Source: an uncultured Solirubrobacterales bacterium (GTDB lineage Bacteria > Actinomycetota > Thermoleophilia > Solirubrobacterales > Solirubrobacteraceae). Taken from it: 64,000 nucleotides of DNA. Within the stretch, counting starts at the first letter, position 1, and every line of letters begins with the position of its first letter. A program made the translations under genes and the position numbers. The notes under the pieces were generated by a model. That model made no database searches and was not told the DNA's origin. It saw nothing but the letters and a program-made list of their open reading frames with translations. This document shows, piece after piece, positions 18,554 through 27,361 of this stretch. The stretch covers positions 2,202 to 66,201 of the forward strand of contig CAVYQJ010000032.1 of assembly GCA_963770615.1 (NCBI GenBank), read 5' to 3'.

Positions 18554-20128
18554 TCAGCCGGCGGCCACGGTCGCCGGCGGTGCGTCCGCCTCGGCCGCTC
18601 CAGGACCGCCGGTCGGCTGCGCGGGAGGGACGTCGACGAAGTCACGCTGGCGGATCAGCAGCAGCGTCAGGACGGCGGCGACGAACGCGATGATCGCGCC
18701 GATCAGGATGATCGTGTTCAGGCCGTCGACGAAGCTGCTCTTGGCGGCGGCTTCGGCGATGCCGCGGAACCGGGGTGCCACGCCGTGCATCGCCTGGAGG
18801 ACGCTGCCGTTGCTGATCGCGCTCGCGAGGGCGTGCGAGCCGCTCGCGAGCGGACTACCGGACAGCTTCGAAACCACCGAACTCGAGACGTCGGTGGCGA
18901 GGATGCTGCCCAACGCCGCGACACCGGTGGCGATCCCGATCTGGCGGAACGTCGAGTTGATCCCGGAGGCCATGCCGGCGCGCGCGGGCTCGACCACGCC
19001 GACCGCGGTCGAGGCGAGCGGCACGGTGATGAGACCGGTGCCCACGCCCGCGACGACGAGCCCGGGCAGCAGATGTGTCCAGGTGTCGCTAGGCGCGATC
19101 CCGTGGATCAGCACGAGTCCGGCGCCGAGAAGCGCAAATCCCGGGCCGATCAGGAGCTTTGTCGGCACGTGACCGGTGAGCCGGCCGGCGAGACCCGCGG
19201 TGAGGAAGATCGCGCCCGTGTAAGGCAGGAGCCGCAGGCCGGTGTCGATCGCTGAAGACCCGAGCACGTTCTGGAGGTAGAGAACGAGATAGGTCAGCAG
19301 CGAGAAGATGGAGGCCGACAGCGCCCAGGCGGCGATCAGCCCGCCGTTGAAGGTCGGAACCCGGAGCAGCCCGAGGTCGAGCATCGGGGCGCGGGTCCGC
19401 AGCTCGACGATGACGAACGCGATCAGCAGCACCGCGGCGGCGAGGAGCGATCCGACCACGGTTGTCGAGCCCCAGCCGTCCGGATGGCTGCGGATCAATC
19501 CGTAGACGAGCCCGGTCAGCCCGAGCGTGAACGTCACGAAGCCGAACCAGTCGGGCGGCTTGGCGACCGGTGCCTTGGACTCCTGCACCTCGCGCAGCGT
19601 GACGATCAGCGCGAGCACCCCGATCGGCAGGTTCACGAAGAAGATCCACCGCCACGACAGCCCGCTCGTCAGGGCTCCGCCGAGCACCGGGCCGATGGCC
19701 ACGGCGACGCCGGTGACCGCGCCGAACACGCCGAACGCGACCCCGCGCTCGCGCGGCGGGAACGCGTCCGCGAGCAACGCGAGCGAGGTGGCGAACATGA
19801 TCGCGCCGCCGATGCCCTGGAACGCGCGCGACAGGGCGAGGAAGGTCGGATCGGAGGCCACCCCGCACAGCGCCGACCCGATCGTGAACACGACGATTCC
19901 GACCGCGAACACCAGCCGGCGGCCGGCGATGTCCGCGACCGATCCCGCGGTGAGGAGGAATGCCGCGAGCGTCAGCGCGTACGCGTCGATGACCCACTGG
20001 AGGTCGGCGAGCGATGCATGGAACGCCTGCTGGATGTAAGGCAGCGCGACGTTGACGATCGTGATGTCCAGCAGGAGCATGAACACGCCGGTGCAGACGG
20101 CGAGCAGGGTCCACCACTTGCGTTCCAT
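18554..20128 (-). CDS. DHA2 (EmrB/QacA) MFS efflux transporter
   Basis: FMLLLDITIVNVALP, LQWVIDAY, WRWIFFVNLPIG, 14 TM helices. Confidence 0.95.
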   Translation of the reverse strand: MERKWWTLLAVCTGVFMLLLDITIVNVALPYIQQAFHASLADLQWVIDAYALTLAAFLLTAGSVADIAGRRLVFAVGIVVFTIGSALCGVASDPTFLALSRAFQGIGGAIMFATSLALLADAFPPRERGVAFGVFGAVTGVAVAIGPVLGGALTSGLSWRWIFFVNLPIGVLALIVTLREVQESKAPVAKPPDWFGFVTFTLGLTGLVYGLIRSHPDGWGSTTVVGSLLAAAVLLIAFVIVELRTRAPMLDLGLLRVPTFNGGLIAAWALSASIFSLLTYLVLYLQNVLGSSAIDTGLRLLPYTGAIFLTAGLAGRLTGHVPTKLLIGPGFALLGAGLVLIHGIAPSDTWTHLLPGLVVAGVGTGLITVPLASTAVGVVEPARAGMASGINSTFRQIGIATGVAALGSILATDVSSSVVSKLSGSPLASGSHALASAISNGSVLQAMHGVAPRFRGIAEAAAKSSFVDGLNTIILIGAIIAFVAAVLTLLLIRQRDFVDVPPAQPTGGPGAAEADAPPATVAAG

Positions 20129-20146
20129 CAGGACTACCTCCTATTC

Positions 20147-20191
20147 CTGAGCGAGAACTCAGAATAACATATATACTGAGTAGACCATCAG
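20147..20191. promoter_or_regulatory. Two putative TetR operators between divergent MFS and TetR genes
   Basis: CTGAG-N7-TCAG at 20147-20162 and 20176-20191 in the 79-bp divergent gap. Confidence 0.55.
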
Positions 20192-20207
20192 GAATTGAGG
20201 ACAAGTT

Positions 20208-20828
20208 GTGACCGTGGCCCATCAAACGCCCAAGCGTCGTGGTCGACCGCCCGCCGGGGGTCGCGAGGCGATCCTCGCCGCTGCGCTCCAGGTGATCCGC
20301 GAGCGCGGGATCGGACGGCTGACGGCGCGCGAGGTGGCGAGCCTCGCCGGCGTCTCGGAGGCGAGCGTCTTCTACCACTACAAGGATCGCTTCGGCCTGC
20401 TCCAGGCGGTGTTCGAGGAGAGCCTGCGCCCGCTGAAGGCGCTCGCCGACGGAGGCGTCGAGCCGGGCACCGACCCTCGGACCGTGCTGAGCCTCTACGG
20501 GCACACGCTCGAGGACTTCCTCGACGGGGTGTTGCCGGTGATCGCCGCCGCCCAGTCCGACGCCGAGTTGCGCGACTCGATGGCGACCTACATGGCCGAG
20601 GACGACCTCGGGCCGCATCGCGGGGTACGCGCGATCGGCGACTACCTCGCGGCCGAGCAGGCCGCCGGCAGGTTGCGCGCCGACGCCGACCCGCACGCGG
20701 TGGCGATGATGTTCATCGGCGCCTGCTACACGCGCTCATCGCAGCGCCAGATGCCGATGCCGAACGCCAAGCTCCCGCCGCTCGAGGATGTGGTCGAGGC
20801 GATGGTGACGCTGCTGGCGCCGGAATAG
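20208..20828 (+). CDS. TetR family transcriptional regulator
   Basis: REAILAAA..LTAREVASLAGVSEASVFYHY HTH. Confidence 0.95.
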   Translation: MTVAHQTPKRRGRPPAGGREAILAAALQVIRERGIGRLTAREVASLAGVSEASVFYHYKDRFGLLQAVFEESLRPLKALADGGVEPGTDPRTVLSLYGHTLEDFLDGVLPVIAAAQSDAELRDSMATYMAEDDLGPHRGVRAIGDYLAAEQAAGRLRADADPHAVAMMFIGACYTRSSQRQMPMPNAKLPPLEDVVEAMVTLLAPE

Positions 20829-21012
20829 CGGAGCGACGACGCTGCTGGCGGGGGAGTAGCGGAGCGTATGATTTCGGGCGTGCCCGGTTGACGTTAGAAC
20901 TCTGCGCACCACCTCGGCTGTGCTCACTCCGCCCCGGAGCCCGAGGCGCTCGGTGGTGGTGCGCGTGCGCCTCCTGGGTCGTACTAGTTCGTTCGCGTCG
21001 CGGGGTGCCGGG

Positions 21013-21165
21013 GCCGGCGGGCGTTTAACGGCGGGCACCTGGAGTGGATGGGGGCGAGTTGCCGGCGCGCGGCGCCTCGCGGATCATGCATAACGCGACA
21101 AAGGAACTCGATCGCGCCGGCCGTGCCGTGTGAGGCGTGCCACGCGTGCATAGCACGGCAAGGCT
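21013..21165. repeat. Dispersed structured intergenic element, copy 2
   Basis: Same orientation as 9609-9765; shares 18-nt perfect core GGCCGTGCCGTGTGAGGC. Confidence 0.75.
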
Positions 21166-21221
21166 TCGCCGGCGGGCGTGAAATGTCGTGCTGTGCAGGT
21201 TTTGGGCGGCGGTCCGCTCCG

Positions 21222-21317
21222 GGGGATGGCGATCGCGCCGGGCTAGGGGATGGCGATCGCGCCAGGCTAGGGGATGGCGAACGCGCCGGCCTAGGGGAAG
21301 GCGATCGCGCCGGTCCA
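21222..21317. repeat. Tandem repeat, 4 x 24 bp
   Basis: GGGGATGGCGATCGCGCCGGGCTA units, head to tail, no spacers, 1-3 substitutions per unit. Confidence 0.95.
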
Positions 21318-21377
21318 GCCCCGGGTGCCCGCCGTTCGCAGGGCCAAGGCACCCGGAGTCGGGGACGACAATCGCCT

Positions 21378-21920
21378 TTATGCCGGCATCGCCGCCGGCG
21401 CTCCTGACCCGGCGGCCGCTTGCGGCTTAGCGGAGGAGCGTTCTGGCGCCTCGCCGGCGCGCTCGGCGTCGGAGGTCTTGGGAGGCTTGTCGGCGTGGAC
21501 GATCAGCACCGGGATCGGGCTGTGGTTGAGCGCGTAGTGGCTGACGCTCCCGAGCAGCGAAGCGCTGAGCGCGCCGCGCCCGCGAGAGCCCATCACGAGC
21601 AGGTCGAAGTTGCCTTCCGCCAGGCGGTGCACCAAGGCGTTGCGGATCGGCTTGCGGCTGATGATCGTGGTGACCGGCACGTCGGCGGGGACCCGCTTGA
21701 CCGCGCGGCGCATGATGTCGACGGCCTCCTTCTCGAGTTCCGCCGCTGACACGGCGGTGGCGCCGGCGGCCATCGCCGAGGCCGCCCATACCGGCGGTTG
21801 GGGGATCGCAGTCAGGATCGTCAGGCGCGCCTGGTCGGCCCTGGCGATGTCGATCGCTTCGTCGAGGGCCCGGTCCGAATGCTCAGACCCGTCGACGCTG
21901 ACGAGGATGTTGCGGAACAT
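21378..21920 (-). CDS. Universal stress protein
   Basis: FRNILVSVDGSEHS, DLLVMGSRGRG..LLGSVS. Confidence 0.95.
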   Translation of the reverse strand: MFRNILVSVDGSEHSDRALDEAIDIARADQARLTILTAIPQPPVWAASAMAAGATAVSAAELEKEAVDIMRRAVKRVPADVPVTTIISRKPIRNALVHRLAEGNFDLLVMGSRGRGALSASLLGSVSHYALNHSPIPVLIVHADKPPKTSDAERAGEAPERSSAKPQAAAGSGAPAAMPA

Positions 21921-21947
21921 GGTCTTGCTCCTGGATCGACGAAATGA

Positions 21948-21983
21948 TTAGCATGCCAAATGTTAGCATGGCAACCATGATAA
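21948..21983. promoter_or_regulatory. Putative MarR operator
   Basis: TTAGCATGG-CAA-CCATGATAA palindrome (21963-21983) plus a second TTAGCATG copy, between divergent usp and marR. Confidence 0.55.
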
Positions 21984-21994
21984 CGTCAAGTGGG

Positions 21995-22492
21995 ATGGAG
22001 TCGAACGTCAGCACCGATTTCCTCGCGGCGTTCGATGCGTTTGCGCAGGCCGTGCGCCGCGCCCGAGGGGCCGCTGCGGCCAACGGCGGCCTCACGCTGT
22101 CCCAGTACGGCCTGCTCGAGCTGCTGACGACGCGCCCGGTGGCGCGGGTGCAGGAGCTGGCTGGCCACGCCGGCATCACGCCATCGACGGCCACGCGCAT
22201 CCTCGACGCACTCGAGCGCCGCGGGATCGTCCGTCGGGTGCGCTCGGAGGAGGACCGCCGCGCGGTGGCAGTCAGCCTGACCGATCTCGGCAACGAGCTG
22301 CTGTGCGACGAGCAGGACTGGCTGCGGGGACGGCAGCGCGCGTTCTACGAATCGTTGCCGGCGGCGGAGCAGGAGCTCGCTCCCGATCTGCTCGTCCGCC
22401 TGGCGGCACTGATCGACGAACTCGCCGCCGGAGGTCCCGCGGGCCATCCCGCCGAGGCCGCAGCGCGCTTGAACCTAAGCATTCGCACATAA
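21995..22492 (+). CDS. MarR family transcriptional regulator
   Basis: LTLSQYGLL, ATRILDALERRGIVRR..DRRAV.V.LT; start uncertain (21944-21995). Confidence 0.9.
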   Translation: MESNVSTDFLAAFDAFAQAVRRARGAAAANGGLTLSQYGLLELLTTRPVARVQELAGHAGITPSTATRILDALERRGIVRRVRSEEDRRAVAVSLTDLGNELLCDEQDWLRGRQRAFYESLPAAEQELAPDLLVRLAALIDELAAGGPAGHPAEAAARLNLSIRT

Positions 22493-22575
22493 CCCGGACA
22501 CGGGTCGGTAACGACCGCCGTCACCGGCGTCCATATAAGTCCCGCCTCCTGACTCTCAAGAGAGGAGCTATTCGT

Positions 22576-24447
22576 ATGCGCAGAGTCACGAAGCTGGGGG
22601 CGGTCGCGGTGATCGCCGCCAGCGCGATCGGAGGGTCTGCGGCCGCTGTGTCGGCGCACTCCGATCACGGCGGTAACGGTGATCACGGTCACCATCGGAA
22701 CTCGATCCAGCACGTCCTGCTCATCTCGGTCGACGGTATGCACCAGTCCGACCTGAACTGGTACATCGCCAAGCATCCGGATTCGGAGCTCGCCAAGCTC
22801 GCCTCCGGTGGCGCCGAGTTCACCAACAACCACACCTCGGACCCGTCGGACTCCGATCCGGGCGGCACCGCGATCATGACCGGCGGCGACCCGCGCGCGA
22901 CCGGCGTCTACTACGACGTCGAGTACAGCCACGGGGTTGACGAGCCGAGCGAGATCGGCGGTCAGCCGACCGGCGCCACGTGCACCCCCGGTCAGCCCGC
23001 GACCGGTGGCGACGTGATCTACGACTCGCCAGACGACAGTCTTCCCGCCGTGCCGGACCTGATCCCGGGCAACACCAGCGGCCAGACGTTCCCGTCGTTC
23101 GACGAGGGCGGCTCGATCTATCCGGGCGGCGATGACACAAACCCGGGCCTAATCATGGGTCTGACCCCCGCCCCCCAGTCGGGTCTGAACCCGAAGAACT
23201 TCCCGGTCGACCCGAAGACCTGCCAGCCGATCCAGCCATGGGACTACCTGAAGGTCAACTCGATCTTCGGGGTGATCCACAACGCCGGTATGCGCACGGC
23301 TTGGTCTGACAAGCACGCGATCTACACGTCGTTCAACGGCCACGGTTCGGGTGGCAAGGCCATCGATGACTTCTTCGGCCCGGAGATCGACTCGCAGGCC
23401 GTCGAGCCGGACGGCACGCCCTACCCGACCGACACCGATTGGGCGCACGACGACGCCGCGACCAAGCAGTACGACGGTTACAAGGTGCAGGCGGTCATCA
23501 ACGAGATCAACGGATACGACCACAGCGGTAAGAACTACGTGGGCACGCCGGCGATCCTCGGGATGAACTTCCAGACGGTTTCGGTAGCCGAGAAGGTCGA
23601 CTCGCCCAGCACGCTGACCGAGAACGCGAATGGCACCTACACGGAGGGACCGACCGAGCTCGCCGGCTACTTGCCGGGCACGACGACGCCGGGCCCGTTG
23701 CTGGTCAGCGCGCTCGACTACGTCAACGACCAGCTGGCGCGGATGGACGCGACGATCCAGCAGGACCATCTCGCCTCCTCCACGGCGATCATCATCACGG
23801 CCAAGCACGGCCAGTCGCCTCAGGATCCGCTGCTCCTGAAGCGGATCAAGGACGGCCCGATCATCAGCGCGATCAACGCGGCGTGGACCGCCCAGACGGG
23901 TGACAAGAGCAACCTGATCGTCGCCGGAACCGACGACGATCTGTGGCAGAGCTACCTGTCGGTCAAGACGCAGCAAGCGGCCGACTTCGTCAAGAGCTAC
24001 CTGTGGAACCACAACGCTACGGCGGTGCTCTACAACAACGACGGCAACAACACCCGCGGCCCGAACGGCAACGGCACCGAGTCGGTCCCGCACTCGGGGC
24101 TGGCGCAGATCTACGCTGGTCATGAGGCGGCCGACTTCTTCGGCGTGCCGTACTCGGACCCGCGGTACCCGGACGTGTTCGGTCGCGTTCAGGTCGGCGT
24201 CGTCTACACGGGCGGCACGAAGATCGCCGAGCACGGTGGCGATAACCCGGGTGACCGGGACGTGCCGCTGGTCGTGTACGCCCCCGGCGCCGTCCGGCCC
24301 GGAACGTCGGACCGGTGGGTCGAGACGACCCAGATCGCCCCGACGGTCCTGCGTCTGCTGGGCCTCGATCCCGACGCGCTCCAGGCGGTCCGGCTCGAGG
24401 GCACGCAGGTCCTCCCGGGCATCGGCCGCGGGGGCCGCGGCTGGTAG
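22576..24447 (+). CDS. Secreted alkaline phosphatase superfamily protein (nucleotide pyrophosphatase/phosphodiesterase-like)
   Basis: AGAGGAG SD; signal peptide MRRVTKLGAVAVIAA..AVSA; LLISVDGMH, PSDS.PG, AWSDKH, IITAKHGQSP, AEHGG. Confidence 0.88.
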   Translation: MRRVTKLGAVAVIAASAIGGSAAAVSAHSDHGGNGDHGHHRNSIQHVLLISVDGMHQSDLNWYIAKHPDSELAKLASGGAEFTNNHTSDPSDSDPGGTAIMTGGDPRATGVYYDVEYSHGVDEPSEIGGQPTGATCTPGQPATGGDVIYDSPDDSLPAVPDLIPGNTSGQTFPSFDEGGSIYPGGDDTNPGLIMGLTPAPQSGLNPKNFPVDPKTCQPIQPWDYLKVNSIFGVIHNAGMRTAWSDKHAIYTSFNGHGSGGKAIDDFFGPEIDSQAVEPDGTPYPTDTDWAHDDAATKQYDGYKVQAVINEINGYDHSGKNYVGTPAILGMNFQTVSVAEKVDSPSTLTENANGTYTEGPTELAGYLPGTTTPGPLLVSALDYVNDQLARMDATIQQDHLASSTAIIITAKHGQSPQDPLLLKRIKDGPIISAINAAWTAQTGDKSNLIVAGTDDDLWQSYLSVKTQQAADFVKSYLWNHNATAVLYNNDGNNTRGPNGNGTESVPHSGLAQIYAGHEAADFFGVPYSDPRYPDVFGRVQVGVVYTGGTKIAEHGGDNPGDRDVPLVVYAPGAVRPGTSDRWVETTQIAPTVLRLLGLDPDALQAVRLEGTQVLPGIGRGGRGW

Positions 24448-24467
24448 CGACCGCGGCGTGACACATT

Positions 24468-24508
24468 TGACGGACGAGCGTGTCGAAACGGGGCACGCTC
24501 GTCCGTCA
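24468..24508. promoter_or_regulatory. Perfect 15-bp inverted repeat (terminator or operator) upstream of yciI
   Basis: TGACGGACGAGCGTG-N11-CACGCTCGTCCGTCA. Confidence 0.7.
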
Positions 24509-24558
24509 TAGGGTTGACGCCGCGAAAGCCGGCGGCCAACCAACCCCAAGGAGGCGAG

Positions 24559-24951
24559 ATGCCCCAGTACATGCTCTTGATCTACAACCCCGCGGACGCC
24601 GGCGAGGCGACCCCGGAGCAGCTCCAGGAGATCGGGTCCCGTTACGACGCCTACACGCAGAGCCTGGTGGAGGCCGGCGTGTTGGTCGGCGGCGACGCGC
24701 TCGAGCGCGCGGACACCGCGACCACGGTCCGCGAGCGCGACGGCCAGACGCAGTTCACCGACGGTCCGTTCGCCGAGACCAAGGAGTTCCTGGCCGGCTA
24801 CTACCTGCTCAACTGCCCGGATCTCGACACCGCGCTCGATCACGCAAGCCGCCTGCCGGCGGTTGGGTTCGGCGGCTCGGTCGAGGTGCGCCCGGTGTGG
24901 GACCGGACCGGCCCGATGGCGGCCGGGCGCGAGCAGGTCGCGCAGGCGTAG
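24559..24951 (+). CDS. YciI/DGPF family protein
   Basis: AAGGAGG SD; MPQYMLLIY, TDGPFAETKEFLAGYY, SVEVRP. Confidence 0.92.
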   Translation: MPQYMLLIYNPADAGEATPEQLQEIGSRYDAYTQSLVEAGVLVGGDALERADTATTVRERDGQTQFTDGPFAETKEFLAGYYLLNCPDLDTALDHASRLPAVGFGGSVEVRPVWDRTGPMAAGREQVAQA

Positions 24952-24966
24952 CACCGCATCCGCCGA

Positions 24967-25004
24967 GTGGGTGAGGCGTCCCCGTTGTTGGTCGCCTCAC
25001 CCGC
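24967..25004 (+). terminator. Hairpin after yciI
   Basis: GGGTGAGGCG-N14-CGCCTCACCC perfect 10-bp stem, extendable by 2 bp; no U tract. Confidence 0.45.
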
Positions 25005-25118
25005 GGCGCTACACGAATAAGAAGCTGGTGTTACGTCGTCCCGGTGGAACCCCCCGCGTGTCGGGTTTGGGCCACCCGGCCATTGGCATCACGGGCTGCT
25101 TTGGCGAACGTGTCTCCC

Positions 25119-26141
25119 ATGAGCACGACGATGCCGACGATCGACACCGACCTCGCGACCACTGAGAGCGCCGTCAACGGCCTCCCTTACGGTGCCGCGA
25201 TCGCGTCGGTCGGCGCGAGCCTGCCGCATACGGTCGTCCCGAACGCCGAGATCGCGGCGCGGATCGGCGTCAGCGACGAGTGGATCGTCCGGCGCACCGG
25301 GATCCGCTCGAGGCGCATCGCCGAGCCGGGCGAGCGCCTCACCACTCACGCGGCCGGCGCCGGCGCGGCCGCGCTGCGGAGCGCGGGGATCTCGCCCGAG
25401 CAGGTCGACCTTGTGATCGTCGCCACCACCACCCCGGACGAGGTCATGCCGAACGCGGCACCGCTCGTCGCTCACGAACTCGGCGCGGTGCGCGCCGGCG
25501 CGTTCGACGTCGGCGCGGCGTGCACGGGCTTTCTGTCGGCGCTGGCGGTCGGCACCGGACAGATCGAGTCGGGCCGCGCGCAGTGCGTGCTCGTGATCGG
25601 CGCGGACCTGATGTCGCGGATCCTCGACCCCGAGGACCGCACGACCGCGGCCGTGTTCGCCGACGGCGCCGGCGCGGTCGTGCTCACCGCCACCGGCGAG
25701 ACCAGCCGCATCGGGCCGATCGTGCTCGGCGCGGACGGCGCGGGCGCCGATCACATCATCGTCCCGCGCGACGAGGGCGTGATCCGCATGCGCGGCCACG
25801 AGACCTTCCGCGAGGCGGTCGCGCGTCTGTCGCTGTCCACGGTGCAGGCCGCTCGCGCGGCCGGCACGCGCCTCGACGACATCGACCTGTTCGTCTACCA
25901 CCAGGCCAACGGACGGATCCTGAGCGCGGTCGGCGAGCGCCTCAGCCTGTCCCCCGACCGGGTCGTCGACTGCATCTCCGAGTACGGCAACACGTCGGCG
26001 GCGACGCTCCCGCTCGCGCTCGCGCACGTCGAGCGCAACGGCCGGCTGAAGCCGGGGCACCGAGTGCTGCTCGGCGCGTTCGGCGCGGGCTTCACCTGGG
26101 GCGCGACCGTCATTAATTGGGACCCACGCATCCCGGCATGA
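25119..26141 (+). CDS. fabH: Beta-ketoacyl-ACP synthase III
   Basis: Catalytic AC(TGF), HQAN, GNTSAA; ATGA overlap with fabF. Confidence 0.93.
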   Translation: MSTTMPTIDTDLATTESAVNGLPYGAAIASVGASLPHTVVPNAEIAARIGVSDEWIVRRTGIRSRRIAEPGERLTTHAAGAGAAALRSAGISPEQVDLVIVATTTPDEVMPNAAPLVAHELGAVRAGAFDVGAACTGFLSALAVGTGQIESGRAQCVLVIGADLMSRILDPEDRTTAAVFADGAGAVVLTATGETSRIGPIVLGADGAGADHIIVPRDEGVIRMRGHETFREAVARLSLSTVQAARAAGTRLDDIDLFVYHQANGRILSAVGERLSLSPDRVVDCISEYGNTSAATLPLALAHVERNGRLKPGHRVLLGAFGAGFTWGATVINWDPRIPA

Positions 26142-27361
26142 GCGGCCGCGTCCTGATCACGGGCGTCGGCGCCGTGACGCCCCTCGGCGTCGGCGCGCGC
26201 GAGCTCTACGACGGCTGGACCGCGGGCCGCAGCGGCATCGAGGACGGCCTCGGCGCGTGCACGGACTTCGATCCGGCCGAGTTCATGACGGTCAAGGAGG
26301 TTCGGCGGAGCGATCGCTTCGCCCAGCTCGCGATCGCGGCGAGCACGCAGGCCGTCGCGGACGCGGGATGGGACGCAGAGAACCCGCCCACGGATCCTGC
26401 CGACCTCGGCTGCGTGATCGGCTCGGGGATCGGCGGAATGTGGACGTTCGAGAGCCAGTGCGACGTGCTGCGCGACCGCGGGCCCGAGCGCGTCTCGCCG
26501 CTCGCGATCCCGCTGATCATGGGTAACGCGGCCGCGGGCCTCGTGGCGATGCGCCACGGCCTCCGGGGGCCGGTGTTCGGCGTCATGTCCGCGTGCGCGT
26601 CGGGCACCCACGCGATCGGCGAAGCCGCGCGGATGATCCGATCTGGAGAGGCACAGGCAATCGTCGCGGGCGGGGCGGAGGCGACGCTGACTCCGCTCGC
26701 AAAGGCTGCTTTTGCGTCGATGGATGCGACCTCGCCGACGGGCATCTCGCGGCCGTTCGACGCCCGCCGAGACGGGTTCGTGATGGGCGAGGGCGCGGGC
26801 GTGCTCGTGCTCGAGTCCGAGGAGCTGGCGACGGCGCGCGGCGCGACGGTGCTCGGCGAAGTGCTCGGCTACGCGTCGACCGCCGACGCGTATCACCTGA
26901 CCGCCCCCGAGCCGACCGGCCGGCCCGCGTCGCTCGCGATCACGCGCGCAATGAAGAGCGCGGGCGTGACTCCAGAGGACATCGACTACATCAACGCGCA
27001 CGGCACCTCGACGCCGCTCAACGACCGCTCGGAGACCGAGGCGATCAAGCTCGCGCTCGGGGAGCGGGCGTACGACATCCCGGTGTCGTCGACGAAGTCC
27101 GCGATCGGGCACCTGCTCGGCGCCGCCGGCGCGGTTGAGGCGATCGCGACGATCATCGCGCTGGGCGAGCGCGTCGCGCCGCCGACGCTCAATTACGAGG
27201 AGCAGGACGAGGGGCTCGACTTGGACTACGTCCCCGACGGTCCGCGTCGGCTCGGCGCCGCCAACGGAAACGGCAACGGCCACGCGCGGCTCGTCGCGCT
27301 TTCGAACTCGTTCGGCTTCGGCGGCCACAACGCGGTGCTGTGCCTCGGAGGTGTCTCATGA
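26138..27361 (+). CDS. fabF: Beta-ketoacyl-ACP synthase II
   Basis: SACASG, NAHGTST, KSAIGHLLGAAG, SNSFGFGGHN. Confidence 0.95.
   Translation: MSGRVLITGVGAVTPLGVGARELYDGWTAGRSGIEDGLGACTDFDPAEFMTVKEVRRSDRFAQLAIAASTQAVADAGWDAENPPTDPADLGCVIGSGIGGMWTFESQCDVLRDRGPERVSPLAIPLIMGNAAAGLVAMRHGLRGPVFGVMSACASGTHAIGEAARMIRSGEAQAIVAGGAEATLTPLAKAAFASMDATSPTGISRPFDARRDGFVMGEGAGVLVLESEELATARGATVLGEVLGYASTADAYHLTAPEPTGRPASLAITRAMKSAGVTPEDIDYINAHGTSTPLNDRSETEAIKLALGERAYDIPVSSTKSAIGHLLGAAGAVEAIATIIALGERVAPPTLNYEEQDEGLDLDYVPDGPRRLGAANGNGNGHARLVALSNSFGFGGHNAVLCLGGVS

Noticed and set aside
17402-19255. 617-aa + strand ORF, and similar long ORFs (23149-24954, 31850-33142, 42268-43749, 47552-48922, 62456-63667)
   Set aside because: Shadow or alternate-frame ORFs typical of high-GC DNA; Arg/Ala/Pro-rich, no motifs, and they overlap well-supported genes.
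21222-21317. CRISPR array
   Set aside because: Units are contiguous with no unique spacers, and no cas genes are present.
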